From Octopus bimaculoides (lineage: Eukaryota), in NCBI RefSeq assembly GCF_001194135.2, contig NC_068998.1, positions 43,912,122 through 43,976,121 of the forward strand: a stretch of DNA of 64,000 nucleotides, in the 5' to 3' direction. Shown piece by piece: positions 1-13,801 of this stretch. The notes under the pieces were generated by a model that saw nothing but the letters and a program-made list of their open reading frames with translations, searched no databases and was not told the DNA's origin. Position 1 is the stretch's first letter, and each line of letters opens with the position of its first letter. Position numbers and translations under genes: made by a program.

Positions 1-779
1 ATAACATTGGTGGCGAGGGGAGGGGAGAAAGGCAGCCATGGGTAATTGCTGTTTTTCTACAAACAACTTTGCCCAGACTTGTGCCTTGCAGGGGAACTTT
101 CTTGGTGCAATCTCAGGGTCATTCATGACCAAAACATCCCTCTGTCTTCTACTATAGCCTCGGCCTGAACAAAGCCTTGTAAGTGGATTTAGTAGATGGA
201 TACTAGAGATGAGTGACATCAGAGTAAGAGATAGATAACTGCAGAGATGCAGATCAATCCAGAGAAGGAAGGTGTGAAAGACGAAATATGTCTTGGTCAA
301 ATGCATGTGCAAAGAAGAAGGAGATCATGCTTATTTCGGAAATGAAAAGATAAATGATAAAGACATATAACATGGAGAAATCACGATCTATGGGAGCCAT
401 AAATCCCATCTCTGATGGAACAAAGTTCTAGCTGAACAAATGTAACATGGTGATAGAATATTGTTGTAGAGAGTGCCATAAAATCTAAGACTCATGAGGG
501 AAAGAATGGCAAAAAGTGGGTTCTAGAGAAAGGAAGAAGATAGGGGACACCTAGGATGGAGAGTCATTGAAGAGGTCACAGGATATGTGATGAAAGATTT
601 CCAGCCACTAAAATAAAAGTAATAATAAATCTGAAATGAAGAATGAATATATATAGCGTGTGTTTATTTGGAAAAAAAAAAAAAAATTAAAAATAACATG
701 ACCATCCCCAAATATAACAATATCTGTTTCAGCACATGATTTCAAATCAGGAATCTTGCAAAACAAAAACATAAACATG

Positions 780-816
<37 letters not shown>

Positions 817-841
817 TTATACAGGGAGAGAGAGACAGAGA

Positions 842-896
<55 letters not shown>

Positions 897-1711
897 ACGT
901 ATATGTATATGTAGAGCAATTAATTTCCCTGTTGGTAAATAAATTTATGAGACTTCATCATCAGACACGTTTGTGTAACATGACACTTTTGATTAGACAA
1001 AGTAAATTGTTATTGATTCTTCTGAAGACATTTGTGGCAACAAGGTGCTTTAAAAGCATGGGATAGGAGGAGAATGGTTAGTGGCATGACCTGAACGTAT
1101 CGTGTGTTAGCAAGATCTTTTGCAGCAAGTCATACTATCATAATGTAAGTTTAGAAATAACTTTTAAGCTTGAGAGAAATGAAAATACACCTTATCTAAA
1201 ATTAATATCTCCCCAGATATTATAATTTTATTTCTTTTTCGTAATTTTTTTATTTCATACTCATTGAATTATATTTTGCAAAATTGGAAACCAAAATAAA
1301 TTGGAGCAAAAAGAAGAAACTAAAAATTATAAAAAATAATTATAAAGTAAAACAAAAAAAGCATTGTTGATTCTATTTGAGTATTATTAGCATTCAATTT
1401 ACAACTGATTGTCTTTATGTTAGATGATAATTGTAACCAAACAAATGGCCAAGTAGTGTAGAGGTCAATTCTTTATTACTCTTACCTATGATGTATTGTG
1501 TTTATGGTCAAAACATTTATCTTTAACAAGTGTTGTTCAAGTTAATGCAAATTACATCAAGTTATATCGTTGTTGTTTAATCTCAGATCAGCCTTAATCC
1601 AGCAGGGCTATATGATCAAACATGTCTCATCCTTGACTATCTGGTTATTTCCTTTTTTAAGCATTGTGTATCTAGGACTATATTACTTGATGTATTTTTT
1701 TCATCTTTTAA

Positions 1712-1936
1712 CCATTTAGCGTTTAAACTGGCTATATCCGGTGAAAATAATTTACCTGCTTTATCTTCAAAATGGCCAGATATGGCTTCTTGTACTTAGT
1801 TCACGATATTATTCTAAAATTAGACAATCGCATCATTGAAATCTCAAGGCTGCAAACTAATGCATGACCGATTCATATCAATGTGAATAAATAAGCATTA
1901 CATTTGATTTGAAAGAGAAATTAGAATGATAAAAGG
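1712..1936 (+). mobile_element. TTAA-flanked (piggyBac-type) MITE, family P1
   Basis: TTAA|CCATTTAGCG... and ...GATAAAAGG|TTAA. Related copies at 16927-17375 and 61895-62216. Confidence 0.6.
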
Positions 1937-3369
1937 TTAAAGACAATAGGGTGTAATTTATCTGCTATTTCCAGCGTATTTCATGACCACAGAAACGCTT
2001 TCATTTTCCTTGCTATTGATAGTGTTAATATAGTTTCTTTTGCACCAGGTTAGCAGATGAGGTCATGCAGAATTGATTTGATCTATCTAATGTATCGTTT
2101 ATACATCATCGTTGTTATTCCATTCTGTTGGCCTAATGTGGTACCTACAATTACTTTTATATTTGTGCATCTGTGCATTGTTTTGCTTTCTTTATAAGTT
2201 CTTTTTATATGGTGTTTTGAATGTTGCTGATGTTTTATACATAACTTTTATTATTTTTGTCTTCTGTTGGCAGTTACATCAGTATTGTTGAGTGTGAGTG
2301 TCTGTTGTATTTGATGTTGAATAGTGTTGTTGCAGGTAAGAAAGAAGACTGTGGATTTAGCTGGTGCTACTGTAAACATTATCATTGTGGAGTTATGTTA
2401 CCAGATGATTTGAAGAGGACTGAAGTAGTTCTATTGTAAATAGGTAAAGAAAGATTTGTTGAATGAGTATGGTATGTGAGTCCCTGCTCACAGTTTCATA
2501 GTTCAAATCTGTTGTGTGAGTATTTTGTTTGGTTTCTTATTGATATACTTTATTCTCCAATGTTTCAGTTTACAAGGCTGCTGCAAACAGTAACCAAATC
2601 ATCTATCAGTAATTTCTTTTTGGTAGATTGGTGTCATGTCCAGGAGGAGATTTATTTATCATCCATGACATGGTAACAAAAGAGCAGTCTTTAAAAATCC
2701 CACCAAGGCCTCGGGAACGTTTTGCCATTCCTATTTTAATTCAGAAATTATATAGATATGCTGTTTACAATGTAAGCATCAAGCTGACACAATGTGTCTT
2801 TTAACTTACAGCATGGGACTCAAACCTTACGAAATGTACAGCTTGAAGTAGACTCTTCCTGAAATCAGGAGGGTTAGCAGGCGATGAAGGAAAAACAAAA
2901 TCTGTCAATTAGATATATTATACTCACATGATAGATATAAATATTAATTTGTTGGATTTCCATATATACACACGCTCTTCCCATACACATACATAATTTT
3001 ATTGAAGTCAAGAATGTGAACTAACTAATGAAGGTCTCTGTTGGCAAAAATTAGTGCAAAGGAGAGTTTATGGAGTGTTGATAAATTCAATTGCTATGCA
3101 TATGTATCTTCTACATGTAAGTTATAATTCATAAGGCTGTCCTTTTATACTAATGTCAAATATCTATTTTCTTAGAGAAATCTCAAGAGCTAGCAAAAAA
3201 CAAAAAAAAAAAACTTATATTCCAAAATTATAGATCTTTTTTCTTATGCATATTGGCTTCTTCTTTTTCCTTATTATTGGTTGCAGGGTTGGGTGTGTGA
3301 TTAAGAAATTTCTTTTACAACCGTGTGATACTGGGTTTCATCACTATTTATAACACTTTAGGAAAGCAT

Positions 3370-3452
3370 AGTTTACTATAGCCTTAGATTGACCAATAAC
3401 TCGAGAGTAGAATTTGGTAGAAAGAAACTTTATGGAGCCCATATCTACATAC

Positions 3453-3522
<70 letters not shown>

Positions 3523-3965
3523 NNNNNNNNNNNNNNNNNNNNNNNNNNNNNNNNNNNNNNNNNNNNNNNNNNNNNNNNNNNNNNNNNNNNNNNNNNNNNN
3601 NNNNNNNNNNNNNNNNNNNNNNNNNNNNNNNNNNNNNNNNNNNNNNNNNNNNNNNNNNNNNNNNNNNNNNNNNNNNNNNNNNNNNNNNNNNNNNNNNNNN
3701 NNNNNNNNNNNNNNNNNNNNNNNNNNNNNNNNNNNNNNNNNNNNNNNNNNNNNNNNNNNNNNNNNNNNNNNNNNNNNNNNNNNNNNNNNNNNNNNNNNNN
3801 NNNNNNNNNNNNNNNNNNNNNNNNNNNNNNATATATATATATATATATATATATATAATGTATATATTTACAGGTGTGTGTGTGTGTTTCGTTGTGTCTG
3901 TGTTGTCCCCCTTAACAACCGATGCTGGTGTGTTTATATCCCGGTAACTTAGCACTTCAGCAAAA
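3370..3965 (+). mobile_element. S1 SINE, degenerate, gap in internal microsatellite
   Basis: Left and right S1 halves flank (TA)n and the N gap 3523-3830. Confidence 0.65.
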
Positions 3966-5459
3966 TTAACTTTTACTGATATATTATCAGTAAAGGATGC
4001 AAATATTGAAAAAAAAATTGATAAAAAATGAACAACAAAAATTGAGGTTTTATGAATGAATTTCCCTGGAACTTTTGTTCTGTATCAGGTTATAGTCACT
4101 CTTTTCCTACTGTCACCATCAAAAAGAAAGTGAAGTAGTGATTGACCTATTAGAAACTTGTAACTCACTGTACTGTTGTTCACAAATTCATGTAAAGTTT
4201 GAAGTAAATTAAAGCACGTACACCAAGAAAGAAGTTCGTATGTATCTTGTTTTGATATTTGGTTGAAATTAAGAAAAATCTCTTAGAATTATGTGATATA
4301 ACTTGACATCATTGAATGCATCAACAATATATGAGATCTATCTTAACTTCGTTGATATCAAGTTATACCATGTAATTTTATTTCCTTCTGCTTTTCACAA
4401 CAACAATTAAGTCAAGCTTTATTTCGTCCAAATCATTAACCCAAGGACTGTCACTTCTTTTGAATTCTTTTCCTGCTCAACATTGTTTAACTTTGTAAAA
4501 TTTTCTTCCAAAAGAAACAGACATTGCAAATATTACTATTTCATCCATTTATTTTCCCTAAAACAGCGTATCTAGGACTACTTCAGCAAATGTATGTTCT
4601 CGTTAAGGTGTGACTTGCAAGATATTTTGCTGTTGTTTCTAATAGGTTAAGAAGCTATGTAAAAGCTTCCTCATAGCCTTGCCTTTCTCTCTCGACCCCC
4701 TTTTCCCTACAGTCATTAAATTTTAGAATTTCAAGTTCAAAACTGATTTCCATAATCTTAAAGTATCTGCTAAGACTACAGGCATTCTACAGATTCTTTA
4801 GACAATAACATAAAAACAAAAAAAAAGTTTTCTCATTTAAATATATGAAGAGAATGTGTATAAGATTATATATTCAAAAAGATATTGAGAAACATTATCA
4901 TCTCTAAATTAAATGTTCCACATAACATCCAGCAGATAATTCTCTTGTATTTTCACTAATTTAAATTTACTTTTATATATATGTTTCCGTTTTATGTGCA
5001 TTAATTTTAAGTAAAGATGTTTCTTATTTATTCTGTAATAAAATATAAATTACATCTTGAGAGAAACAACTTAAAAATTATTTCACTAGTTAACGTATCC
5101 AATAATGTCAAAACAACATATTTAGGAATTGTACAAAGTGGAAGACTGAATTGAAAGCACTCTAATTTTAAATAATTTCTTCCTCTAGCAAGTATTTGAA
5201 CAGCTGGAAATAACACTGAAATCTAGAAATCATACAGAATGGACTCATTGGATAAATATAAATACATACATACATATATATNNNNNNNNNNATATATATA
5301 ATAATGATATGTATATAATACAAAGATGAATAAAGTAGATGTATTAAAGAGATATATTTGAAAGTAAAACAGAATGGTAATGCTCAAAGGCCTTTGATCA
5401 TAGGGCTGCATGGTCCAAGATGACCTGTGTCTAAATAATCATCAAATTTTCGTTCTTGA

Positions 5460-5679
5460 CCCTTTTGTTACCAACCTGGCTGAAACAAGCTCTGGCTCTG
5501 AGTACAAATGTCTTGTTTTCATAAGTTTTGAATTAAAATCTTCCACCAAACCTTAGTCACAATTTATGTTCCTAACACTAGCTGAATGATAACCAAGTTA
5601 TTTTATTAAATTCTTTGTTATATTTAAAGTAATTGAAAGAAACACAGAGCATCTCAAAATAAACACAGTAATGAAAGGT
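5460..5679 (+). mobile_element. TTAA-flanked (piggyBac-type) MITE, family P2
   Basis: TTGA|CCCTTTTGTTAC... and ...GTAATGAAAGGT|TTAA, TIRs of about 12 bp. Confidence 0.6.
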
Positions 5680-5878
5680 TTAAAACAAGTGAACAGTGAT
5701 TAATTTCCAAAAAAACCTTCTTTGAAACCATGGGACGTGATAAATGACAAAATGGTGCATAAATAAGTAAATTTTCTTGTTTTGTCAATATGCCAATAAT
5801 CAACTGTAGCTCCTTTTAGAAGCCTTTCCTGTAAGGGCTTGGACTTTATCCTTTGATGCCCACAATGAAATCTGTAAA

Positions 5879-6181
5879 GCTGTGCAGTAAGTAGCTTGCT
5901 TACCAACCACATTGTTACGGGTTTAGTCCCACTACGTAGCACGTTGGGCAAGTATCTTTTAGTATAGCCTCGCGGCCAACCGAAACCCTGTGAGTGGATT
6001 TGGTAGACGGAAACTGAAAGAAGCCTGAGTGGCTGTGTGGTAAGCAGTTTGCTTACCAACCACATGGTTCTGGGTTCATTCCCCATGGTGTGGCACCTTG
6101 GGCAAGTGTCTTCTACTATAGCCTCGGGCAAACCAAAGCCTTGTGAGTGGATTTGGTAGACGGAAACTGAAAGAAGCCTGT

Positions 6182-6217
<36 letters not shown>

Positions 6218-6402
6218 TGTATGTGTATATGTTTGTCCCCCCAACATCGCTTGAAAACCGATGGTGGTGTGTTTACATCCCTGTACCTTAGCGGTTTGGC
6301 AAAACAGACCGATATTTTAAGTACTAGGCCTCCAAAAGAATAAGTTCTGGGGTCTATTTGCTCAACTAAAGGTGGTGCTCCAGCATGGCCGCAGTCAAAT
6401 GA
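5879..6402 (+). mobile_element. SINE family S1 (tRNA-like head, internal TA/CA microsatellite): head-only copy 5879-6026 plus full copy 6027-6402
   Basis: GTGGTAAG..GGTTCAGTCCC-type head, GGCACCTTGGGCAAGTGTCTT body, CAGCATGGCCGCAGTCAAATGA end. Confidence 0.85.
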
Positions 6403-6689
6403 TAATAGATTGCTGGACTAAATACCTTGTGGTATTTATTTTACATTGCAATTGTTGAAGAACAGAGTCATCAGTTGTAATTTTCCAGTCGAGCAATCAT
6501 TAGTTTTCTGTGTATCAACATGAATGACAAGTGTTTGTCTGAAAAGTTATATTCATATACGGAATTAATTATTTTTTTATTATGTAATTAACTTCAATTT
6601 CTTTCAGTTAATTAACTTCGTTTTAGATTCATTTATCTTTGACCATTTAAATTTCCGTTTCTATTTTAAGACCTAATTTTTCCTTTCAG

Positions 6690-6776
6690 ATATGATCCAA
6701 TTTATATTATATATTCCTTTTCCCCATCTGTGTGTGACATAGCATCTGTCAGCTGTATTGGTACCGTAGAAGCAGA
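6690..6776 (+). CDS. Candidate coding exon (87 nt, phase 2 to 2): xYDPIYIIYSFSPSVCDIASVSCIGTVEA
   Basis: CTAAT branch-like motif and TTTTCCTTTCAG acceptor, GA|GTAAGT donor, single open frame. Confidence 0.4.
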
Positions 6777-8225
6777 GTAAGTGTATGAATAGCTCCAAGT
6801 TAAAAATGTCAATATAAGATCTGTTGGAATAATTGTCAAATGCTGACCAAGTCATTTATGCCTTGTGTATTTGAGAGAGGCCATCAGATCAAATGGTTTT
6901 GTATAAATCAACTCAAATAAATTTGCTTAGATCTTTAGATCTTTTATTCTGTCACTTCTCTTTTAAACCACGCCAAAGAGTAATTGTTGATTATAGATTT
7001 TTTTTTTTCTATTTGAATGAAAGAGACGAAAAATCAATTTGTGTTCAAGTAGCATATTTTGGGCATCTTTTCTTTTATTATATACAATTTTATGCATATA
7101 ATGTATTGCTTATGGCAGACATTTTCTTGGCTCCATATGACAGGCAAAAGTATTTGTAACAAATATATCTGTTGGAGGTATCAAAAGAATGTTTCAAAGC
7201 CTTATAAGACTGTCAATTGGCTGAAATATTAAACATTGATTCATTTTGACTTTTACCGCCCACCTATCTCTCCCCGTGAAGAAATATAAGAATGAAAATA
7301 GAAGCGAGAGAAAGCAAGAACGCAAGCATATGGATACAGAATAAAATGATTTTATCCAATCATCCCATCGTTTTTTGACCTGCAGTGGCCTTTGTTCAAC
7401 CTACCTGGTGATTACCGTCAAGTGGGGTGACAGCTCCCTCTTCAGGGAAAATTTCTTACTAACTGAAATATTGATTTTGTTTTTTTTTTTTAGCATAGAC
7501 ATTGAGAAGTTACTGCTAACCAAGTCGATATTGTTTCCATTTACTGATTCAATGAGGAGTTGCATATTTGTGTTATTTTCACCAGCTTGTATCATGCCCA
7601 TAGCCGATGATATCTATGTTCTTCTGTAAATAAGTTTTTGCTGTTTAGCTTCAGGTTAATCTTGATCGATCAGTCCTAAAATGAAAAGTTTCCCAGCCAA
7701 TACCATCCCAGCATTTTAGAGATAGGTAGGACTTATTTCTCTAGAAAGTTCTTTTCTACTTTTTAAAATGGTAGCTGTAATTTGAGAGAGATTTAGCTGT
7801 TATTTGAATTATGTCAAATGACTGCGTAAAGACTGTAATTTTGTGCATCCAGATGTGCAGCATATTATTGGTAGCAGCTGGATAATTAATGTGTCTTGTT
7901 AACTAACATGTAATGATATGAAGAGCAGGCCCTTTAAGTAAGAGTTCCAACTTCCTGTGGATACAGTAAACATTCAAACCTCATTGTTACAATCATCATT
8001 ATATTGTGCTTTTCAAAACGTTACAGACGTGTTTTCCTAAAAGGTTATTGAAATATAATCTAAAAGGTTATTGCTATATGTTGAAAGTACCAACGAATTG
8101 CTCTAATGTATTCATCCTATGGGACCATAAAACGAATGTGAGAGTGGAATGTATCACGAAGTTAATCTTCTCATGTCAACATTAATGAATCCATTTACAA
8201 TAACCTGTATTTGCACTGCTGAGCA

Positions 8226-9762
8226 CAAGGTGCATTCCAAAAGTTTTGAGATTTTTACAGGAGAGACATTGATTAATCTCAAAGAAGTACAAAACTTTAA
8301 TCTCCATCAAAGTAGAATCTCCTAAATTCATTCCACTTATTGCAGTGTTCCAATCACTTAATGAAGGCCACATGTAAGTCCTCCAAAGTGAAGATGTAGC
8401 AAATCTTTGTCACAGCCGCCTTCATCTTCAAAATCACTGTTCCTGAAGATCCAAGGTCTACCTTATCTTCGGGGACAACCAAAAGTCACAAGAAGCAAGG
8501 TCTGGCCTATAAGGAGAGTGAGGGACACTTTTGATGCCCATCTCTGTCAAGTAGTTGGTAACCAGGATGGAATTGCGGATTGATGCATTGTCCTGGTGCA
8601 TCTACCACCAACCTAAGTGGAAATGCTCTGACCTTTTGCAATGACATCCCTTCCTGAACTCACTGAAACACTCCACAAAGTACTCTTTGTTAACAGTCTG
8701 ACTAGAGGGAACCCAGTGGATGCAGATGTTGACCTTACTGTTGAAAAAAAAAAAAAGGAATCATGAGCTTCCCAGGGGACTTGCTTTACATGAGTCTAGG
8801 AAAGCCAGGATGCTTCCATTGGGCACTCTATCTCTTGGTCTTTGGATCATAACAGTAGATCCAACTCTCGTCACAGGTTACCAGAAACTCAAAGACTCTT
8901 GTTTAGAGATAATGAACTGAACCATCTCCCAGCTCTCACCAACATGTTTTTCCCTTCTGTTTGTTACTGAACACCCAAGGAACAAACTTTGCACAAATTT
9001 TGTACATGTTCAGATCTTCATGAATAGGTCTGCGGACAGTGGCCACACCAAATCGAAACTGCATGTTAATTGTCCTTATAGATATACAACAGCATGTCTG
9101 GTAAGTCCACCATCATCAATTCACCATAGGGAAAGTTCGCCATCATTAATTCACCATTTTTCTTTTCAATAAATTAGTTTTTAAACTATTAATGGTGAGA
9201 TACAACGGATATAATTTCTCAGTCAAGTTTCATCACTGAACTTTCCTCAAGGTGAACTTTCTTCACAGTGAACTTTCCAACAGTCTTCATCCAGAAAATT
9301 CTGAATTTTTTTCAACCAGCCTTTAATGTTTTGAAGGCCCTCTACCTCCCACACTTCTCATCATTTCTCACCTTCACTCAGCTGTCCTTGAACCTTTTGT
9401 GCCAGCATCAAACAGATATTCAGCTCATGCAAATTAATCCATTAGCAGTCTGGAGCATTTCACAAGTTTTCCATTATGTTTTTTGCTCAGTTTCATACAA
9501 AACGTAATTGTATAATGAGCTTCCAAATTGTCTTCACTTCCGAAACTGCATCCTGAAAAACTAGTCAGCTATGACAAGCAGTGTTAGTAGTCTATTCAAA
9601 GTATTGTTACAGCTGTCTCCTTCAATCTGGGATAACACAAGTTGGTAGACCAGTTTATTTAAGGTACAGTAATGATATGCAAAAGTTACAATGGTCTAGA
9701 ACAGTTATAACTAACTCTCCTATAAAAAAAAAAATGTCTCAAAACCTTTGGAATGGACCTCA
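8226..9762 (-). mobile_element. Near full-length mariner (Tc1/mariner DD34D) fossil with pseudogenised transposase
   Basis: Minus-strand peptides ITFCMKLSK, WHKRFKD, IHEDLNMYKICAKFVP, VTCDESWIYCYDP (8861-8881) and QDNA...HSPYRPDLASCDFW, with exactly 34 residues between the second and third D. Imperfect TIRs at 8226 (CAAGGTGCATTCCAAAAGTTTTGAG) and 9762 (TGAGGTCCATTCCAAAGGTTTTGAG on minus). TA on the right flank. Stops and frameshifts present. Confidence 0.9.
9093..9277. mobile_element. Small insertion nested in the mariner ORF
   Basis: Flanked by CAACAG at 9087-9092 and 9278-9283. Removing it restores LDEDCCISIRTI. Ends carry inverted, reiterated GGAAAGTTCACC-like motifs. Confidence 0.65.
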
Positions 9763-11609
9763 TAATTGTAAGTTTGCGAAAAGGTGAGCCTATTATGTTG
9801 GTTCAGTGGTTCATCTTTACACTTTCCATTTTGTACTTCTTGTATATGTGGCTAATCAATGTGGCATTTAGACACTTACATGTAGTGAATCCACAGGCAC
9901 ATTCATAGACATGTATAGAGATGTGCACTTTTTAACTAGATTTTTTTTCTCAGGTTTACACTAACTCTTGGAACAATATACATGGATTCAAGAAATTGTA
10001 ATTGATTAAAATTAAACTACTGATTAGCTAAAATAATCATTACCTTAGCAATCAATTCCCTCCAAGAAAGGAAAACAAAACAGGCCCAAGATTTTTTCTT
10101 TGTTTATGCATTTAGTTTGCAAGATTACAGTATGTGTGTATTTGTTATCATTATTAGCATAATGACCCTTCCTAGACACAACAATTTTTTAAAATTAAAA
10201 CCAAAAGCAGAATGTGTGCAATGCAATCATAAGTGATGTCTGATTTTGGCACTATGATGAACACACCTGACAAGTTTTAGCCTTATTACTACTCTTCAGC
10301 AAACTATACGCTTTGTGATATAGATGAGTCGAGATGTATTTATGCTTGCCTTGGCTTGTCTCTCTAATAACAGATTCGATGTGTATTGTTCCAATAGTGA
10401 GCGTGAACTTCAGAAAAATCTAGTTAAGAATATGTCTGTCTTTATACATATGTATGAAAATGATTGTTGACTTGCTATATGTAAGTCTAAACATCAGAGT
10501 AGAAATATATAACTGTTATGGTGTATAAGTTGGTGTGCATATTTGTAGATTGGATCAGTGAAGCAGAAATATCACTGAATGAGTGTAAAGCGAATGGCTG
10601 AATAAAAGAGAAAGAGATAGTGTGTGTGTGTGTATGTGGGTATTTGTATAGTAGTGAATGTGTGTATGTGTATGAATGAGTTCATGTCTAAATGAATGAA
10701 TTTATCAGTGAAAGGGAGAGAATAATTGTGCATGGGATATTCATTGACCATGTCCACATGTAGATATATAATGTGTGTGCACGTATTGTTATGTGAATGC
10801 GTGCATTGATATGTGAGCGGGTGCCTGTTTATGTATGTCTATTGGCATGTATGCATGTCTGTGTATTGGTATGTGTGTGCCCATTGATATATGTATGTAT
10901 TGATGTATGTGTTTGTGTGTGCATTGATATATGAGTGCTTGTATGTTAGTGTATATGTATTGGTATGCATGTTTGTGTGTGTGTGTCTGTGTATCAGCAT
11001 ATGTGTGTATACTGATATGTGCATGTATTGATGAATGCGTTTGTGAGTGAGTGTGTACGTGTGTTTGTATGTGTGTGATATCTGAGAGTATCTCATTAAT
11101 AAACAAGTTGACAGAAACTCCTAGTGCTGAATGTGATAATCTAATTTGGTGAATCAACATTTCATTATTTGGTAAACTATCTAAAAACCTATAAAGCATT
11201 CCCCCGAGGGACTGGAGGGATGAGAAGTGAAGGAAGAGGAGAATGTTGGGGGTGCGGGAAGGAAAGATAGTGTGAATATGTGAGAGAAAGAGCAGTGGAC
11301 AAGGGGGAGAGGGGGAAAGATAGAGAGAGGGGGAGGGGAGAGAGTGTGTGTGTGTGTGTATGCTGGTAGTGGTATGAGTGAAACTGAGAGAGAATGAATT
11401 AGAAGAAAAGCTTTGTGTATCAGATAGAAACAAGATTGTGAAGAGGTTTTTAGCATAGTAGAGAGTGGTGGTGGCAGTGGTGGTGATGGTGGTGGTAGTA
11501 TCGGAGAGAAGATTAGAAAAACTCATTGAGAGATAGCAAGGAGCATAGGGAAAAGAAGAGAAAAGGTTGAAAGTGTGAATGTATGAAACTGAGTGAGGGT
11601 GAGATGTGT

Positions 11610-11640
<31 letters not shown>

Positions 11641-11682
11641 TTATAGGCAGAAGTATCAAAAGATACAAGACAACAAAAAAAA

Positions 11683-11953
11683 GGAGCATGCCAGTAGCAT
11701 GTAAAAAGCACCATCCGAACATGGCCGATGCCAGTGGCGCCTGACTGGTTCCCATGCTGGTGGCATGTAAAAAGCACCTACTACACTTTCGGAGTGGTTG
11801 TCATAAGGAAGGGCATCCAGCTGTAGAAATTCTGCCAGATCAGATTGGATCCTGCTGCGGCCTACTGGCTTGCCAATCTCCAGTCAAACCATCCAACCCA
11901 TGCCAGCATGGAAAATGGATGTTAAACGATGATGATGATAATGATGATGATGA
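11683..11953 (+). mobile_element. SINE family S3 (AAGGGCATCCAGC.GTA core, (GAT)n tail); other copies at about 25690-25880, 40955-41243, 44600-44900, 49440-49700
   Basis: Shared GTGGTTGGCATTAGGAAGGGCATCCA and CCAACCCATGCCAGCATGG...GATGATGAT motifs. Confidence 0.75.
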
Positions 11954-13257
11954 GTGGAGCAGAGGAAGTTCCTGCAGAGAGATCTGCATGGCTACTAGGC
12001 CAAGTCTCCAGTTTGTAGATGATTGCCTCTTTTCCTCCCACTCATTATAGAAGTCCTGAAAATGGTTAAGGGTACTCCTTTTCTTCCTCAGACGATTTCA
12101 TGTAAACAATAAAAGAAAAATAGGTTGTGACAAAGCATAAGAGTAGTAAAATTGGTGAAGGCATGAATAAAATGTGGAGAATGGTAAATGTGACAGAGAG
12201 AAAAAGTGAACGAAATGGAAAGTGAAAGTGTGTTTGAGGGAAAGAGAGAGAAAGTGATGATGATAAGAAAATAAGAGAAGAGAAAGGAAAAACTTTGAGG
12301 AGGTGATGAGAAGAAAAAGAAGCTGAAGGGTTAGCGCACATGAAGGAGCTGCAAGAAGGACAGAAAGAAAGAAAGATAAAATGAGAGTTTGATGATGGGA
12401 TAGAAAGACGACTGCTGTACTACATGTGTTAGAGACTGCAAGAGAAGGTGGGTAATGAAAACAGATAAAAGGTGATTAAGATGTAAGTGAGAGCAAGAAC
12501 AACAGAGAGGAAGTGAAGTAGGTGAACATAGAGAGAAAGAGAGAGGGCGGGGAGAGGGATAAAAGTATGAGGTAAATTAGGAAAATGGATTATCTTACTA
12601 AAGCAGAAATATATTATTACCTATCAGCAACTCATCAGTCTGGCTGTTTAGCTGTTTGTTAACTAATCTGTCATTTTGTCACATCTATTTTGTCCATCTT
12701 TATATATTTCTGTGTTTCGGTATTAGTCATCTTCTGGGTAGGATGGAAATTTGTAATTATACAAACATACAAGCGTAAATATAATTTCTCTTTATTCCTC
12801 TCAGGATATAGAAAACAGTATTCACTACCTGTGAGAAACTTTTCCAGCTTGGATATATAATAATAAAAATGATAATATAATAATAATAATAATGATAATA
12901 ATAATAATAATAATGATGTTGTTCAAAATATTTACACTACACAAACTTGAAAACTTCTAATTGGAAAGCACATTATTACCTTCATCTAGTCTTATATAAA
13001 GAAATGAAATTTATCCCAAATGAAAATGAAAGCTGATATGATTATTATTATTACCACCAATCATTTGTATGTACTATTCCATTCTATTGCAAGTAAATAA
13101 CACATCTATTATTTTATAATCTACAAGTCTTAATGATACTTTCGGTTCATTCAGTGTGGAAAACTGTTCTAACAATAAAATGAGCATTTATAGGACATAT
13201 TTGTTATAACATTTCAATTCATTTTTAAAATTATCGTTATTATTATTATTGTTATTA

Positions 13258-13289
<32 letters not shown>

Positions 13290-13298
13290 GCTTCTACT

Positions 13299-13737
13299 AA
13301 GGTGGTGAATGGGAAGCTGGCAGAATTGTTAGTGCACCAAACAAAATGCTTAGTTGTATTTCGTCCACCTTTATTTCTCTGAGTTCAAATTCTGCCGAGG
13401 TCGACTTTGCCTTTTATCCTTTCGGGGTTGATAGAATAAATACCAGTTGAGTACTGGGGGTGGATGTATATGACTAGCACCCTCCACAAAAATATCAGGC
13501 CTTATACTGATAGTAGAAAGGATTATGGTTAAAGGTGGTGAGCTGGCAGAATCATTAGCATGCCAGGCAAAATGTTTAGTGGTATTTCATCTGTCTTTAC
13601 GTTCTGAGTTCAAATTCATTTCGGGGGCAACTTTGCCTTTCATCCTTTCAGGATTGATAAAATGAATACCAGTTGGACACTAATTGACTAACACCCTCCC
13701 CTCAAAATTCAGGCCTTGTGCCTATAGTAGAAAAGAT
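13299..13737 (+). mobile_element. Two tandem SINEs of family S2 (tRNA-like head, GCCTTTCATCCTTTC.GGGTCGATAAA core resembling the Meta domain, (ATT)n tail)
   Basis: Copies at 13299-13522 and 13531-13737 with B-box-like GAGTTCAAATTC. The Meta-domain assignment is from memory and unverified. Confidence 0.8.
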
Positions 13738-13751
13738 TATTATTATTATTA

Positions 13752-13797
<46 letters not shown>

Positions 13798-13801
<4 letters not shown>

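Noticed and set aside
2800-2905. Minus-strand exon reading VHFVRFESHA as pantothenate-kinase-like
   Set aside because: Flanking residues do not match PANK, and several splice interpretations compete.
7386-7625. In-phase microexon pair (GLCSTYLVITVKW / ACIMPIADDIYVLL) following 6690-6776
   Set aside because: Weak donors (GTGACA, GTAAAT) and no recognisable motif. Chance is plausible.
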